Of a stretch of DNA of 64,000 bases, positions 46,673 to 57,449 are shown piece by piece (position 1 is the first letter of the stretch; the number at the start of each line of letters is the position of its first letter). The DNA comes from a virus. Lineage: Duplodnaviria; Caudoviricetes. The stretch spans positions 1 to 64,000 of the IMG/VR virus record IMGVR_UViG_2595698649_000001. One strand, written 5' to 3'. The notes beneath the pieces were generated by a model that did not search any database, had not been told where the DNA came from, and saw nothing but the letters and a program-made list of their open reading frames with translations. Position numbers and translations under genes: made by a program.

Positions 46673-49600
46673 ATGGCAATTAAAGCAAAGATAACATCAA
46701 CTAATAGTGCAGGTCCTCAAAAGGTATCAGTAACAGTACCCGCTTCTGGCGGTACAGTAACAAGTGTTACTGCTATAGGTGATTTAACAGATGTTATTGC
46801 TTCATCATTACCTGACGGTGCTATTTTACAATATTTAACTTCCTCAGGTAACTGGGTATCCACAGCATTAGTAGATGATGATACATTCCCTTCATCAACA
46901 GCAACAGCAAAAAGTTTACACTCTGGCGAAAGTCTTAGAAATTTTATTTTAGATGGTACATCAACACTTACTAACAAGACAATAGATTTAGACGCCAACA
47001 CCTTAACAGGTACAATAACAGAATTTAATAGTGCATTACAAGGTGCTGACTTTGCTACTTTAGCAAATACAGAAACATTTACAAATAAAACTTTAACTCA
47101 ACCAAAGATTGCTGAAATAGTTTCCTTATCAACTGGTGGTATTACACTAGACGCTGATACTGATATTGTATTAGACGCTGATGGTGCAGATATAATTTTA
47201 AAAGATGGTGGTAGTGAGTTTGGTAGATTTACAAACTCATCTGGTGAATTAGTAATTAAATCAAGTTCAAGTGCTACAACAGCATTAACATTTAGTGGTT
47301 CAAGTGCCACATTAGCAGGTAACTTAACAGTTACAGGTACATCTACATTCAATGGTGGTACAATTAATCTTGGTGACGCAGCTACAGATACAATTGCTTT
47401 CAATGGTACAATTACTGGCAGTTTAGTATTTGAAGGTAGTACAAGTGATAGTTTTGAAACTACATTAACACCAGGTAATCCAACTGCTGATATTACACTT
47501 ACATTACCATCAAGCGCTAGTGATACACTTGTAGGTAAAGCAACTACTGATACACTTACAAACAAATCAATAGATTTAGCAAACAATACTATAACAGGTT
47601 CAGTTGCAGAATTTAATAGTGCATTACAAAGTGATAGTTTCGTTACACTTACAGGTTCAGAAACTTTATCAAACAAACAGTTTACAAATCCAGTTATAGC
47701 ACATATAGACGGTACTGGTGGTATAGAATTAGACGCAGTACAAGATATTACTTTAGACGCAGGTGGCGGAGATATATTTTTAAAAGATGATACAGCTGCT
47801 TTTGGTGCATTAACAAATAGTTCAGGTAACTTAATAATTAAATCTGGTACTACAACTGCTATGACATTTAGTGGTGCTAATGTAACTATGGCAGGTAATG
47901 CTACAGTTGCAGGTAACTTAACAGTTCAAGGTACTACAACTACAGTTGACAGTTCATCTATAAATGTTCAGAATGCTTTAGTCTTTGAAGGTGCAACAGC
48001 AGATAGTTTTGAAACAACATTAACTACAGTTGACCCTACAGCAGATAGAACAATATCATTACCAAATGCAACAGACACATTAATAGGTAAAGCAACTACT
48101 GATACATTAACAAATAAAACTTTAACAACTCCTGTAATTGCAGAAATAGATTCCAATGCTTCTATAACTTTAGACGCTGCTACTGATATTATATTAGACG
48201 CAGGTGAACAAGATATTATTTTAAAAGATGACGGTACTGAGTTTGGTAGATTTACTAATAGTTCAGGTGAGTTAGTAATTAAATCAGGTTCAAGTTCTAC
48301 AACGGCAATCTCAATGTCAGGTGCCAATGTTACGATTGCAGGTAATTTAGTAGTAACTGGTGCAACAGAAAATGATGGCAATATAACAATTGGTGACGCT
48401 GCTACAGATACTATTACTTTTGGTGGTACTATTCAAGGTAGTTTAGTCTTTGAGGGTAGTACAGCAGACAGTTTTGAAACAACTTTAACACCAGGTAATC
48501 CTAGTGGAGATATTACTCTTACATTACCGTCAAGTGCTACAGATACTATAGTTGCAAGAAACACTACAGACACATTAACAAACAAAACTTTAACAAGTCC
48601 AACAATCAATGCAGGAACATTAAGTGGTGCATTTACTGGAACGGCAGACTTAACAGGACTAGTTCTTTCAGGTGCAAGTCCTCTTGTTTTTGAAGGTTCA
48701 ACAAATGATAGTTTTGAAACAACTTTAGCAGTTACAGACCCTACAGCAGATAGAACAATTACTTTACCTAACTCTACAGGTACTTTAGTTGTAACTGCTG
48801 ATGTATCTGGTGACGCTACAATGGCAACATCTGGTGCATTAACATTAGCAACAGTCAATAGTAACACAGGTAGTTTTGGTAGTACAACATCAATACCAGT
48901 TATAACAGTCAACGCAAAAGGTCTTGTTACTGCCATGTCAACAGCTACAATTGTAACAACATTAACTGTAGCCGCTGATAGTGGTTCAGATGACGCTGTT
49001 TCTTTGGCAACTGACACACTTAATTATGAAGGTGGTGCAAACATTACAACAACAGTTTCTAATAACAATATAGCGATTGCCTTAGACGCTTCTCCATCAG
49101 TAACAGCATTAACAACAAGTGCTAATGTAAACGTTGGTGGTAGCATTGTATTTGAAGGTAGTACAGCAAATAGTTTTGAGACAACACTTACAGTTACAGA
49201 CCCAACAGCAGATAGAACAATAACTTTCCCTAACAATACAGGTACAGTTGCGTTAACAAGTGATATTACTGGTGGTGGTCAAGCAGGTTCATTTACAAAT
49301 TTAACATCTTCAGGTAATACTATACTTGGTAACGCTACCTCAGACACAGTAACATTCAATGGTAGAATAGCGTCACACTTTGTACCTAGTGCTGATGATA
49401 CATATACTTTAGGTACTGCTTCTTTAAAATGGGCAGAATTACATGTATCAGGAAGTACAATCTTTTTAGGTGGCGCACAATTAACTGCTAGTGGAACAAC
49501 AGTAGTATTACCGGCGAATAGTACAGTAGGTGATAGAGCAATACCTGACGCAGATCCTACTACAGGTATTGTAACAAGAAAAGTACCATTATTTACAAAA

Positions 49601-49735
49601 GCAGGTGGTCTATCTTCAGCAGCAAAAACTTTTACTTTTAAAGCGTCTGGTTCATCTGATAGAGTTTTTGATACATTTACTAAAGAAGATGGCGCAGGAA
49701 TAACAACACAAGAGAGAGCATTATTTTCATTTTAA
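46673..49735 (+). CDS. tail fibre protein
   Basis: Thr/Ser/Gly-rich; shared fibre repeats; IGDLTDV N-terminal motif. Confidence 0.8.
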   Translation: MAIKAKITSTNSAGPQKVSVTVPASGGTVTSVTAIGDLTDVIASSLPDGAILQYLTSSGNWVSTALVDDDTFPSSTATAKSLHSGESLRNFILDGTSTLTNKTIDLDANTLTGTITEFNSALQGADFATLANTETFTNKTLTQPKIAEIVSLSTGGITLDADTDIVLDADGADIILKDGGSEFGRFTNSSGELVIKSSSSATTALTFSGSSATLAGNLTVTGTSTFNGGTINLGDAATDTIAFNGTITGSLVFEGSTSDSFETTLTPGNPTADITLTLPSSASDTLVGKATTDTLTNKSIDLANNTITGSVAEFNSALQSDSFVTLTGSETLSNKQFTNPVIAHIDGTGGIELDAVQDITLDAGGGDIFLKDDTAAFGALTNSSGNLIIKSGTTTAMTFSGANVTMAGNATVAGNLTVQGTTTTVDSSSINVQNALVFEGATADSFETTLTTVDPTADRTISLPNATDTLIGKATTDTLTNKTLTTPVIAEIDSNASITLDAATDIILDAGEQDIILKDDGTEFGRFTNSSGELVIKSGSSSTTAISMSGANVTIAGNLVVTGATENDGNITIGDAATDTITFGGTIQGSLVFEGSTADSFETTLTPGNPSGDITLTLPSSATDTIVARNTTDTLTNKTLTSPTINAGTLSGAFTGTADLTGLVLSGASPLVFEGSTNDSFETTLAVTDPTADRTITLPNSTGTLVVTADVSGDATMATSGALTLATVNSNTGSFGSTTSIPVITVNAKGLVTAMSTATIVTTLTVAADSGSDDAVSLATDTLNYEGGANITTTVSNNNIAIALDASPSVTALTTSANVNVGGSIVFEGSTANSFETTLTVTDPTADRTITFPNNTGTVALTSDITGGGQAGSFTNLTSSGNTILGNATSDTVTFNGRIASHFVPSADDTYTLGTASLKWAELHVSGSTIFLGGAQLTASGTTVVLPANSTVGDRAIPDADPTTGIVTRKVPLFTKAGGLSSAAKTFTFKASGSSDRVFDTFTKEDGAGITTQERALFSF

Positions 49736-49746
49736 CACTAAAAGGA

Positions 49747-49754
49747 TATAAATA
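49747..49754 (+). promoter_or_regulatory. T4-type late promoter
   Basis: TATAAATA. Confidence 0.75.
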
Positions 49755-49759
49755 GTATT

Positions 49760-51649
49760 ATGGCAGATAAAGTACCAATAAGGACGGTCTTTGATAGTAG
49801 TGGAAACGCTACTGGATTAGCAGAGTACCAATCAGGAGAAACAGTAGGTTTCGTACACGGTGGTACAGGTTTAGCCGCTATAGGAAGTGCCGGTCAAGTT
49901 TTAAGAGTAAATTCAGGTGCAAACGGTTTAGAATACGGTGACGGTTTTTCTGCTAACGCAATCACATTAGACGCTGCTACAGACATTACATTAGACGCTG
50001 GTGGCGCAGATATTATTTTAAAAGATGACGGTACTGAATTTGGTAGATTTAGTAACTCATCAGGACAACTTGTCATTAAATCAAGTGGTAGTGCTACTAC
50101 TGCTATTTCAATGTCAGGTGCAAATGTTACCATTGCAGGTAACTTAACAGTTACAGGTACAACTGAGGGTGATAGTAATATTACTTTAGGTGACGCCGCT
50201 ACAGATACAGTAACCTTTGGTGGTACTATTTCAGGTAGTTTAGTATTTGAAGGTTCAAGTGCTGATAGTTTTGAAACTACTTTAGTACCAGGTAATCCAA
50301 GTGCTGATATTAGTTTAACATTACCCGCTACTGCTAGTGATACATTAGCAGGTATTGCTTCAACACAAACTCTTACAAATAAAACATTAACAACACCTGT
50401 TATCGCTGAGATAGATAGTGGTTCAACAATTACACTTGACGCTACTACAGATATTAATTTAGACGCAGATGGCGGCGATATAATATTAAAAGACGGTGGT
50501 ACTGAGTTTGGTAGATTTACAAATTCTGGTGGACAACTAGTAATTAAATCTAGTTCTTCAGCAACAACTAATATGACAATGAGTGGTGCTAACACCACAA
50601 TTGCAGGTAACTTAACAGTTACAGGTACATCAACATTCAATGGTGGTACAGTTAATCTTGGTGATAGTGCTACAGATACAATTGTCTTTAATGGTCTTGT
50701 ATCAGGAAGTATTGTCTTTGAAGGTAGTAACGTAGATAGTTTTGAAACTACTTTAACTCCAGGTAATCCAAGTTCAGATATTACATTAACATTGCCAAGT
50801 GCCTCTAGTGATGTACTAGTTGGTCGTGCAACAACAGACACATTAACAAATAAAACAATAACAAGTCCAACAGTTTCAGGTTTAACATTATCAGATAGTG
50901 CAATCAGTTTTGAAGGTTCTACTGCTAACTCATTTGAAACTTCTTTAACTGTAACAGACCCTACAGCAGATAGAACAATCACATTACCAAACGCAACTGG
51001 TACTCTTATATCTCATGGAATGTTTAGTGGTGACGCTACAGTAGCAACAAGTGGTGCAGTTACATTAGCGACAGTAAATAGTGATACATCAGCAGTTGGT
51101 AGTACAACTGTTATACCAGTAATTACTGCTAACGCAAAAGGACTTGTAACATCTATAGGTACTGCCTCTATATCTACTCTATTAACAGTAGGTGCAGATA
51201 GCGGTTCTAACGATACAATAACAGTAGGTACTGATACACTAGATTTCTCTGGTGGATCAAACATTACAACAACAGTTTCAAACAATGATATCTCAATCGC
51301 CTTAGACGCAAGTCCAAGTGTGACTAACTTAACAGTTGGTGGTAACATTGTATTTGAAGGTTCAACGGCAGACAGTTTTGAGACTACATTAGCAGTAACA
51401 GACCCAACCGCTGATAGAACAATCACAATACCTAATAAATCAGGTACTGTGGCAATGACAAGTGATACATCATTCCCACAATCAACATTAACTGAACACC
51501 CAGCGGCGCAAGGAAATGCTGATTTAGCAGGAGGTGAAACACCTTTTGAAGCAATCGTTGACGCATTCCAGGTTATTACATCTAATTTGTATGACCACAT
51601 GGAACCTAGAGGTGAAGTAGTTACAGTTGATTTAGGAAGTGTAGCATAA
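49760..51649 (+). CDS. tail fibre protein
   Basis: HGGTG..GQVLRVNSGANGLEY; shared fibre repeats. Confidence 0.8.
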   Translation: MADKVPIRTVFDSSGNATGLAEYQSGETVGFVHGGTGLAAIGSAGQVLRVNSGANGLEYGDGFSANAITLDAATDITLDAGGADIILKDDGTEFGRFSNSSGQLVIKSSGSATTAISMSGANVTIAGNLTVTGTTEGDSNITLGDAATDTVTFGGTISGSLVFEGSSADSFETTLVPGNPSADISLTLPATASDTLAGIASTQTLTNKTLTTPVIAEIDSGSTITLDATTDINLDADGGDIILKDGGTEFGRFTNSGGQLVIKSSSSATTNMTMSGANTTIAGNLTVTGTSTFNGGTVNLGDSATDTIVFNGLVSGSIVFEGSNVDSFETTLTPGNPSSDITLTLPSASSDVLVGRATTDTLTNKTITSPTVSGLTLSDSAISFEGSTANSFETSLTVTDPTADRTITLPNATGTLISHGMFSGDATVATSGAVTLATVNSDTSAVGSTTVIPVITANAKGLVTSIGTASISTLLTVGADSGSNDTITVGTDTLDFSGGSNITTTVSNNDISIALDASPSVTNLTVGGNIVFEGSTADSFETTLAVTDPTADRTITIPNKSGTVAMTSDTSFPQSTLTEHPAAQGNADLAGGETPFEAIVDAFQVITSNLYDHMEPRGEVVTVDLGSVA

Positions 51650-51654
51650 TAGAT

Positions 51655-51671
51655 TATAAATAGTATAAATA
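51655..51671 (+). promoter_or_regulatory. tandem T4-type late promoters
   Basis: TATAAATA at 51655 and 51664. Confidence 0.75.
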
Positions 51672-51698
51672 TAGCATAGAATTAACTAGGAGAAAAAT

Positions 51699-54600
51699 AT
51701 GCCAACAGCATTACAATTAAGACGAGGATCAACGTCTCAAAATAATAGTTTTACAGGTGCTGTAGGTGAGGTAAGTGTAGATACTGATAAAGATACTCTT
51801 AGAGTCCATGATGGCTCGACAGCAGGCGGTTTTGAAGTAATAACGGCAACTGCTACACAAACACTCACAAACAAAACCTTAACGAGCCCAAATATTTCAG
51901 GCGCCTCTTTCACAGGTGCAAGTTTCACTTTTGAAGGTGCAACAGATGACAGTTTTGAAACAACTCTAACAGTTGTAGATCCAACAGCTGACAGAACAGT
52001 AACTATTCCAAATGCAACTACTACACTAGTTGGTACGGATGTTTCACAAACTCTTACGAACAAAACTTTAACTACACCAGTTATCGCTGAGATAGATAGT
52101 GGTGGTAGTATAACTTTAGACGCAACAGCAGATATTATATTAGACGCTGATGGTGCTAACGTAACTATAAAAGACGGCGGTACAACAACATTAGACTTTG
52201 TTAGTAACGGTGCAACAGATATTACACTAGACGCTCCAGGCGATGTTAAAATAGACGCTGATGGCGGAGACATAATCTTTATGGATGGTGGTGCTGTCTA
52301 TGGTAGTGCAACAAACAATTCAGGTAACTTGATTATCAAATCAGGAACTACAACAGCTGCAACATTTAGTGGTGCAAATGTAACATTGGCAGGTACAGTT
52401 GCTTCAGGTGCAATTACATCATCTGGTTCATTTACTGGTACTCAAGCAATATTATCAAATGCAAGTCCATTAGTATTTGAAGGTGCAACAGCAGATAGTT
52501 TTGAAACAACTATTGCAGTTACAGACCCAACAGCAGATAGAACACTTACATTACCAGACGCAACAGACACATTAGTGGGAAGAGCAACAACAGATACGTT
52601 GACTAATAAAACACTAACTACTCCAGTTATTGCTGAAATAGATAGTGCTGGCAACTTTACAGTTGACGCAGCTACAGATATCATATTAGACGCAGATGGC
52701 GGAGATGTTTTCTTAAAAGACGCTGGTACTACTTACGGTTCATTGACGAACACAGGCGGTAACTTGATTATAAAATCAGGTACAACTACTGCTATGACCA
52801 TGTCAGGTGCAAACGTAACAATCGCAGGTAACTTAACAGTATCAGGTTCTACAACTACAGTTGATAGTTCAACAGTTAACTTACAAACAGGTTTCGTTTT
52901 TGAAGGTTCAACAGCAGACAGTTTTGAAACAACACTAGTTGCTACTGACCCAACAGCAGATAGAACAGTAACTATACCAGATTTAACTGGTACAGTTTCT
53001 TTAATAACTGCTACAGAAACATTAACAAATAAAACACTTACAACTCCTGTAATTGCAGAAATAGATAGTGGTTCAACAATCACACTTGACGCAACTACAG
53101 ACATTATCTTAGACGCTGATGGTGATAACATCACTTTGAAAGCGGGTGGTACAACTGCCTTAGATTTTGTTTTAAATGGTACAACTGATATTACATTAGA
53201 CGCTCCAGGTGATATTAAGATAGACGCTGATGGCGGAGATATTTTCTTCCTAGACGCAGGTACTACTTATGGTAGTGCAACTAATAACTCTGGTAACTTA
53301 ATTATAAAATCAGGTACAACTACAGCTGCAACATTTAGTGGTGCAAATGTAACATTAGCAGGGACAGTTGCTTCAGGTGCAATCACATCATCAAGTACAG
53401 TAACAGCAACAGGCGCAGTATTAAGTGGTTCTGTAGTATTTGAAGGTGCGACAAACGACAGTTTTGAAACAACATTAGGTGTAGTTGATCCAACTGCTGA
53501 CAGAGCAGTCAACATCGCCAATGTTGCAGGTACATTACAACCATTTGCTGCTGCTTCAACAGACGCAATCACAGCAACACCGGCAGAATTAAATTTAATT
53601 GACGGTGGTACTGCTAGAGGCACAACAGCAATTGCAGACGGTGATGGTGTACTAATCAATGACGGCGGTACAATGAGAATGACTACAGTTGAAACTCTTG
53701 CTGCCTACATGGATGACGAAATTACAGCAATGCCAAATCTTGTGACAACAGGTGCATTAAACTCAGGTTCAATCACATCAGGTTTTGGTACTATAAACAA
53801 CGGTTCATCTACAATCACAACTACAGGTCAGATAACTGGTGGTATTATTCAATCTACTAACAACATGTTAATAGGTGCAGGTTACTCACTTGTATTTGAA
53901 GGTTCAACAAATGATAGTTTTGAAACAACATTAGGTGTAGTTGACCCAACTGCTGATAGAACAGTTAATATTGCAAATGTAGCAGGTACTTTACAACCTT
54001 TTGCTTCTGCTAGTACAGACCAAATTACGGCAACAGTTGCTGAAATTAATTTAATAGATGGTGGTACTGCTAGAGGTACTACTGCTGTAGCAGACGGTGA
54101 TGGTATTCTAATCAACGATGCTGGTACAATGAGAATGACGAATGTTCAAACTGTTTCAGCGTATATGTCTGCTGAAAGTGTTGGTGGTTCAAACATAGTT
54201 ACTACTGGTGCATTAAACTCAGGTTCAATCACTTCAGGTTTTGGTAACATAGATAACGGTTCATCTACATTAGATACAGGTGCCTTAACGGCAACTACAA
54301 TTGCAGGTACAACAATTACTGCTTCTACTGGAGTAGAAACAAAAAATGGTGCTACTGGTGCCGGTTTTGTTAAATTCTTTGAAGATAGTGACAACGGTAC
54401 TAATGCAGTAACTTTAGTAGGTCCTGCTTCAACAGGTGATATAACGATTACTTTACCAACTCAGGCAGGTACAGTTGTTGTATCAAACACAACAGACGGT
54501 AATGATGTACAGTTAGACAGTTTAGGTCTTAATACTGCCGCTTCAGGTACTGCTGGTGAGTTAAGAGCAACAAACGATATTACTGCCTTCTACAGTTCAG

Positions 54601-54905
54601 ATATAGCGCTTAAGGAAAACATTATCAACATTCCTTCTCCACTTGAAATGATTAAGAAAATCAACGGTGTATTCTTTGATTGGAAAGATAGTTTCATTGA
54701 GAGTAAAGGTGGCGAAGACGGATACTTTGTAAGAAAAAGAGATGTTGGTGTTATCGCACAAGATGTTGAAAAAGTTATGCCAGAAATCGTTGGTACAAGA
54801 CCAGACGGTATCAAAGCAGTTAAATATGACAGACTAGTATCAGTATTGATTGAAGCTGTTAAAGAATTAACAGACGAAGTTACAGAATTAAAGAAAAAAC
54901 AATAA
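51699..54905 (+). CDS. tail fibre with Mtd-like N-terminus and C-terminal S74 chaperone
   Basis: LQLRRG...FTGAVGEVSVDTDK..LRVHDG..AGG; SSDIALKENI..GVIAQDVE. Confidence 0.85.
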   Translation: MPTALQLRRGSTSQNNSFTGAVGEVSVDTDKDTLRVHDGSTAGGFEVITATATQTLTNKTLTSPNISGASFTGASFTFEGATDDSFETTLTVVDPTADRTVTIPNATTTLVGTDVSQTLTNKTLTTPVIAEIDSGGSITLDATADIILDADGANVTIKDGGTTTLDFVSNGATDITLDAPGDVKIDADGGDIIFMDGGAVYGSATNNSGNLIIKSGTTTAATFSGANVTLAGTVASGAITSSGSFTGTQAILSNASPLVFEGATADSFETTIAVTDPTADRTLTLPDATDTLVGRATTDTLTNKTLTTPVIAEIDSAGNFTVDAATDIILDADGGDVFLKDAGTTYGSLTNTGGNLIIKSGTTTAMTMSGANVTIAGNLTVSGSTTTVDSSTVNLQTGFVFEGSTADSFETTLVATDPTADRTVTIPDLTGTVSLITATETLTNKTLTTPVIAEIDSGSTITLDATTDIILDADGDNITLKAGGTTALDFVLNGTTDITLDAPGDIKIDADGGDIFFLDAGTTYGSATNNSGNLIIKSGTTTAATFSGANVTLAGTVASGAITSSSTVTATGAVLSGSVVFEGATNDSFETTLGVVDPTADRAVNIANVAGTLQPFAAASTDAITATPAELNLIDGGTARGTTAIADGDGVLINDGGTMRMTTVETLAAYMDDEITAMPNLVTTGALNSGSITSGFGTINNGSSTITTTGQITGGIIQSTNNMLIGAGYSLVFEGSTNDSFETTLGVVDPTADRTVNIANVAGTLQPFASASTDQITATVAEINLIDGGTARGTTAVADGDGILINDAGTMRMTNVQTVSAYMSAESVGGSNIVTTGALNSGSITSGFGNIDNGSSTLDTGALTATTIAGTTITASTGVETKNGATGAGFVKFFEDSDNGTNAVTLVGPASTGDITITLPTQAGTVVVSNTTDGNDVQLDSLGLNTAASGTAGELRATNDITAFYSSDIALKENIINIPSPLEMIKKINGVFFDWKDSFIESKGGEDGYFVRKRDVGVIAQDVEKVMPEIVGTRPDGIKAVKYDRLVSVLIEAVKELTDEVTELKKKQ

Positions 54906-54917
54906 GGAGAATATAAT

Positions 54918-55811
54918 ATGGCAACGCCAAGTGGACAGATAGGTTTATCAGAAGTAAATGAAGAATTAGGTGTTTCACCTACATCTACTGCTATTAATAT
55001 GGGTTCAACACCTGTAAGAAGTTTAGCAGGTATACCTTCAGGTGCAATCGCAATGTCTGATTTGCAAAGTAAAACTAACGAATATACATTTACATGGTTA
55101 GTTGTTGCAGGTGGCGGCGGCGGCGGAGAGAACCAAGGTTCAGGTGCCGGTGCAGGTGGTTTCATTTCAGGTTCAATTGAAAACGCACCAGGTATTTCTT
55201 ATTCTGCTTCAATTGGTGGCGGTGGTTCACCAAACACAGGTTTTACAAGTAGAGGTAACTCAGGTAGTAACTCATCATTTCACACAACAACATCAACTGG
55301 TGGCGGATATGGTGCTGCTGAAAACCCAGGTATTGGAGGTCCAGGAGGTTCTGGTGGCGGTGGTCGTCAAGGACAATCTGCCGGTTCAGGTATTGGTGGT
55401 CAAGGTAATCCAGGTTCAGTAGGTCAAGGTGGTGGCGGCGGCGGTGCCGGCGGCGGTGCAGGTCAAAGTGGTTTGGGTGTAAATGGTGGTAACGGTTCAA
55501 CATTCCCTGGTGATGGTATCACTTATGCAGGAGGCGGCGGTGGTTGGCGTCCTGGTTCAGGTTCAGGTGGTAATGGTGGCGGCGGAAATGGCGGTGCTCC
55601 GGGAGGACAAGCTGCTCAATCAGGTCAAACAAATAGAGGCGGCGGAGGCGGCGGGTTAGGTCATTGGGACCAAAACGCAGGTTCTGGTGGTTCAGGTAGA
55701 GTTGTTATTGCATATCCAGGTACTACACAAAAAGGTTCAGGTGGAACACAATCAATTGTTTCATCTAATAGAGTTCATAGTTTTAATAGTCCAGGAACAT
55801 ACACAAGTTAA
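54918..55811 (+). CDS. glycine-rich fibre-tip or receptor-binding-associated protein
   Basis: SGQIGLSEVNEELG, LVVAGGGGGG, GGGSG repeats, GGSGRVVIAY. Confidence 0.7.
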   Translation: MATPSGQIGLSEVNEELGVSPTSTAINMGSTPVRSLAGIPSGAIAMSDLQSKTNEYTFTWLVVAGGGGGGENQGSGAGAGGFISGSIENAPGISYSASIGGGGSPNTGFTSRGNSGSNSSFHTTTSTGGGYGAAENPGIGGPGGSGGGGRQGQSAGSGIGGQGNPGSVGQGGGGGGAGGGAGQSGLGVNGGNGSTFPGDGITYAGGGGGWRPGSGSGGNGGGGNGGAPGGQAAQSGQTNRGGGGGGLGHWDQNAGSGGSGRVVIAYPGTTQKGSGGTQSIVSSNRVHSFNSPGTYTS

Positions 55812-55823
55812 GGAGAATATTTA

Positions 55824-56405
55824 ATGGCACATTTCGCTGAGTTAGACAAAGACAATAAAGTTTTAAGAGTATGTACAGTAGATGACAGCAATGTATCTGC
55901 TGATATGGCAGTTGATGGAGAAACTTGGTGTGCTAATAATATTCCAGAAGATCCTACTATTACATATGTAGATGGTGCTTATCCAGGTATTGCATGGAAA
56001 CAAACATCTTTTAATCACAATTTTAGAAAAAGATTTGCAGGTCCTGGTTGTTATTTTGTAGATGATAGTGGTACAGGATACTTTACAACACCAAAACCTT
56101 ATGCAAATTGGGTATTAAATACAACTGACGGTGCATATTATCCACCAGTTGCATTACCTACTATAAAAGATTATTCTGAGGGTGACCAAAAGTTTGAATA
56201 TCGTATTACATGGGACCAAGACAATACAAGATATATTGCTGTTAAAGTTGTAGGTACTGAAAATCCATACTGGAGAATAAACACTACTAATCTTAATGCA
56301 CAAAGAACTAATTACGAAGACACAACATACGAAAGTGTAACTGATCCATCATCTGATTTAACACAGATAAGAGTTTGGGACGCAGACGCTAATAGTTGGT
56401 CTTAA
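55824..56405 (+). CDS. hypothetical fibre-associated protein
   Basis: MAHFAELD..N.VLRV, WKQTSFN..FRKRFAG, PKPY..WVLN. Confidence 0.65.
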   Translation: MAHFAELDKDNKVLRVCTVDDSNVSADMAVDGETWCANNIPEDPTITYVDGAYPGIAWKQTSFNHNFRKRFAGPGCYFVDDSGTGYFTTPKPYANWVLNTTDGAYYPPVALPTIKDYSEGDQKFEYRITWDQDNTRYIAVKVVGTENPYWRINTTNLNAQRTNYEDTTYESVTDPSSDLTQIRVWDADANSWS

Positions 56406-56824
56406 TTATTAAAAGTTACATCATATCCTGTAACTTTATCATTTCTAATAGAATATCTCATTAAAGACGGAAAACTAATAAGTGTTCCCTCAACTACATC
56501 TATAATTTTTTCTTTACCATTTAATGTAAGTGTAAGTTTGTTATCATGCCAAAAATATAAAAATGTATAATGTGAATGGCGTATTTCTGATTTACCTAAT
56601 TTATAATCATCTGTCCAGTATTTGACATAATCAGTCCATTTACTTTCAAAATAATTCATTACATTTTTTGTGTACTTATCATGTGTAAGTACAAAAATTT
56701 CCCACCACGGTTTGTCTTCTTTCATTAACTTTAAAAAGTCATCTTTTTGTAAATAATGTTCTTCTACTTTTTGAACATAGATTGGAAATTCAAAGTGTAT
56801 TATATCTCTACCTGCTATTTTCAT
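56402..56824 (-). CDS. degenerate 2OG-oxygenase-like protein
   Basis: EGTLISFPS.M.Y..FN tail present; metal-binding His apparently lost. Confidence 0.45.
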   Translation of the reverse strand: MKIAGRDIIHFEFPIYVQKVEEHYLQKDDFLKLMKEDKPWWEIFVLTHDKYTKNVMNYFESKWTDYVKYWTDDYKLGKSEIRHSHYTFLYFWHDNKLTLTLNGKEKIIDVVEGTLISFPSLMRYSIRNDKVTGYDVTFNN

Positions 56825-57449
56825 TTTTTCCTTTTATATACGGTCTTGCTGAATTAGGTAATCCTAATATAGGTCTACCATCATATTTATTATCTTTTGA
56901 TTGTGGGTCACTAGCGTCATTATAATGTAAGAATACTTGACCACAACTTTCGCCATAAAACTTTTCTCTCCAATGTTCTAATTCTGTTCCTCTATACATC
57001 AAACAATCGCCTGGTTCTAAATCTATTCTGATACCAGGATTGTTTTGACCACCTGTATTATCAACATAGATTGGCCAAGCGTCACCACCTAAATTCATAG
57101 TAGCAGAAACAGCACATGATGGTCTATCTTTGTGTCTATGTAATTCGTTACCATAAACATATAATCTTGTATATGTGTATGTTTCAATAAGTTTCATATC
57201 TATTTCTTTTTCTAATTTTGATTTTGTTTCTACAAGTAAAGTGGTCATTAGTACATCATCATAGTTTGCCCAAGCATCCACTTGTTGGTCTGTTAATGCA
57301 CCCCAATGGTCATTAAATGGTGATACTAATTTGTTTTCATGTAGAAATTTAAATACACGCCTCTTATTTAAAAGATAACGATAACATAAATTTGCCATGT
57401 CTGGACTAATTAAATTTTTAATTACTTGATAGTGGTCTGTTTTAAACAT
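56808..57449 (-). CDS. 2OG-Fe(II) oxygenase-like protein
   Basis: TYTYTRLY..G.EL.RHKDRPSC..WPIY..GD.LMYRG..LEHWRE..QVFLHY. Confidence 0.8.
   Translation of the reverse strand: MFKTDHYQVIKNLISPDMANLCYRYLLNKRRVFKFLHENKLVSPFNDHWGALTDQQVDAWANYDDVLMTTLLVETKSKLEKEIDMKLIETYTYTRLYVYGNELHRHKDRPSCAVSATMNLGGDAWPIYVDNTGGQNNPGIRIDLEPGDCLMYRGTELEHWREKFYGESCGQVFLHYNDASDPQSKDNKYDGRPILGLPNSARPYIKGKNENSR

Larger units (their letters stand above)
44145..54905 (+). repeat. family of modular peptide repeats shared by four fibre genes
   Basis: Recurrent FEGSTADSFETTL..DPTADRTITLP, TLTNKTLT and ITLDA..DIILDADGGDIILKD units, with high DNA similarity. Confidence 0.9.

Noticed and set aside
44700-54000. CRISPR-like recurring ~30-bp sequences (GATAGTTTTGAAACAAC...)
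   Set aside because: In-frame coding repeats with irregular spacing and synonymous variation; no cas genes.
44126-55503. Many long antisense and alternate-frame ORFs (up to 362 aa) over the fibre genes, and similar ones over gp6, gp8, the DUF4815-like gene and the tape-measure-like gene
   Set aside because: Shadow ORFs caused by Thr/Ser/Ala/Gly-rich biased codons; no RBS or motifs, and they mirror the sense-strand repeats.
51699-55811. Diversity-generating retroelement suggested by the Mtd-like N-terminus and duplicated 3' blocks
   Set aside because: No reverse transcriptase in the window. The duplicated blocks are both coding and differ mainly at synonymous sites rather than showing adenine-specific changes.
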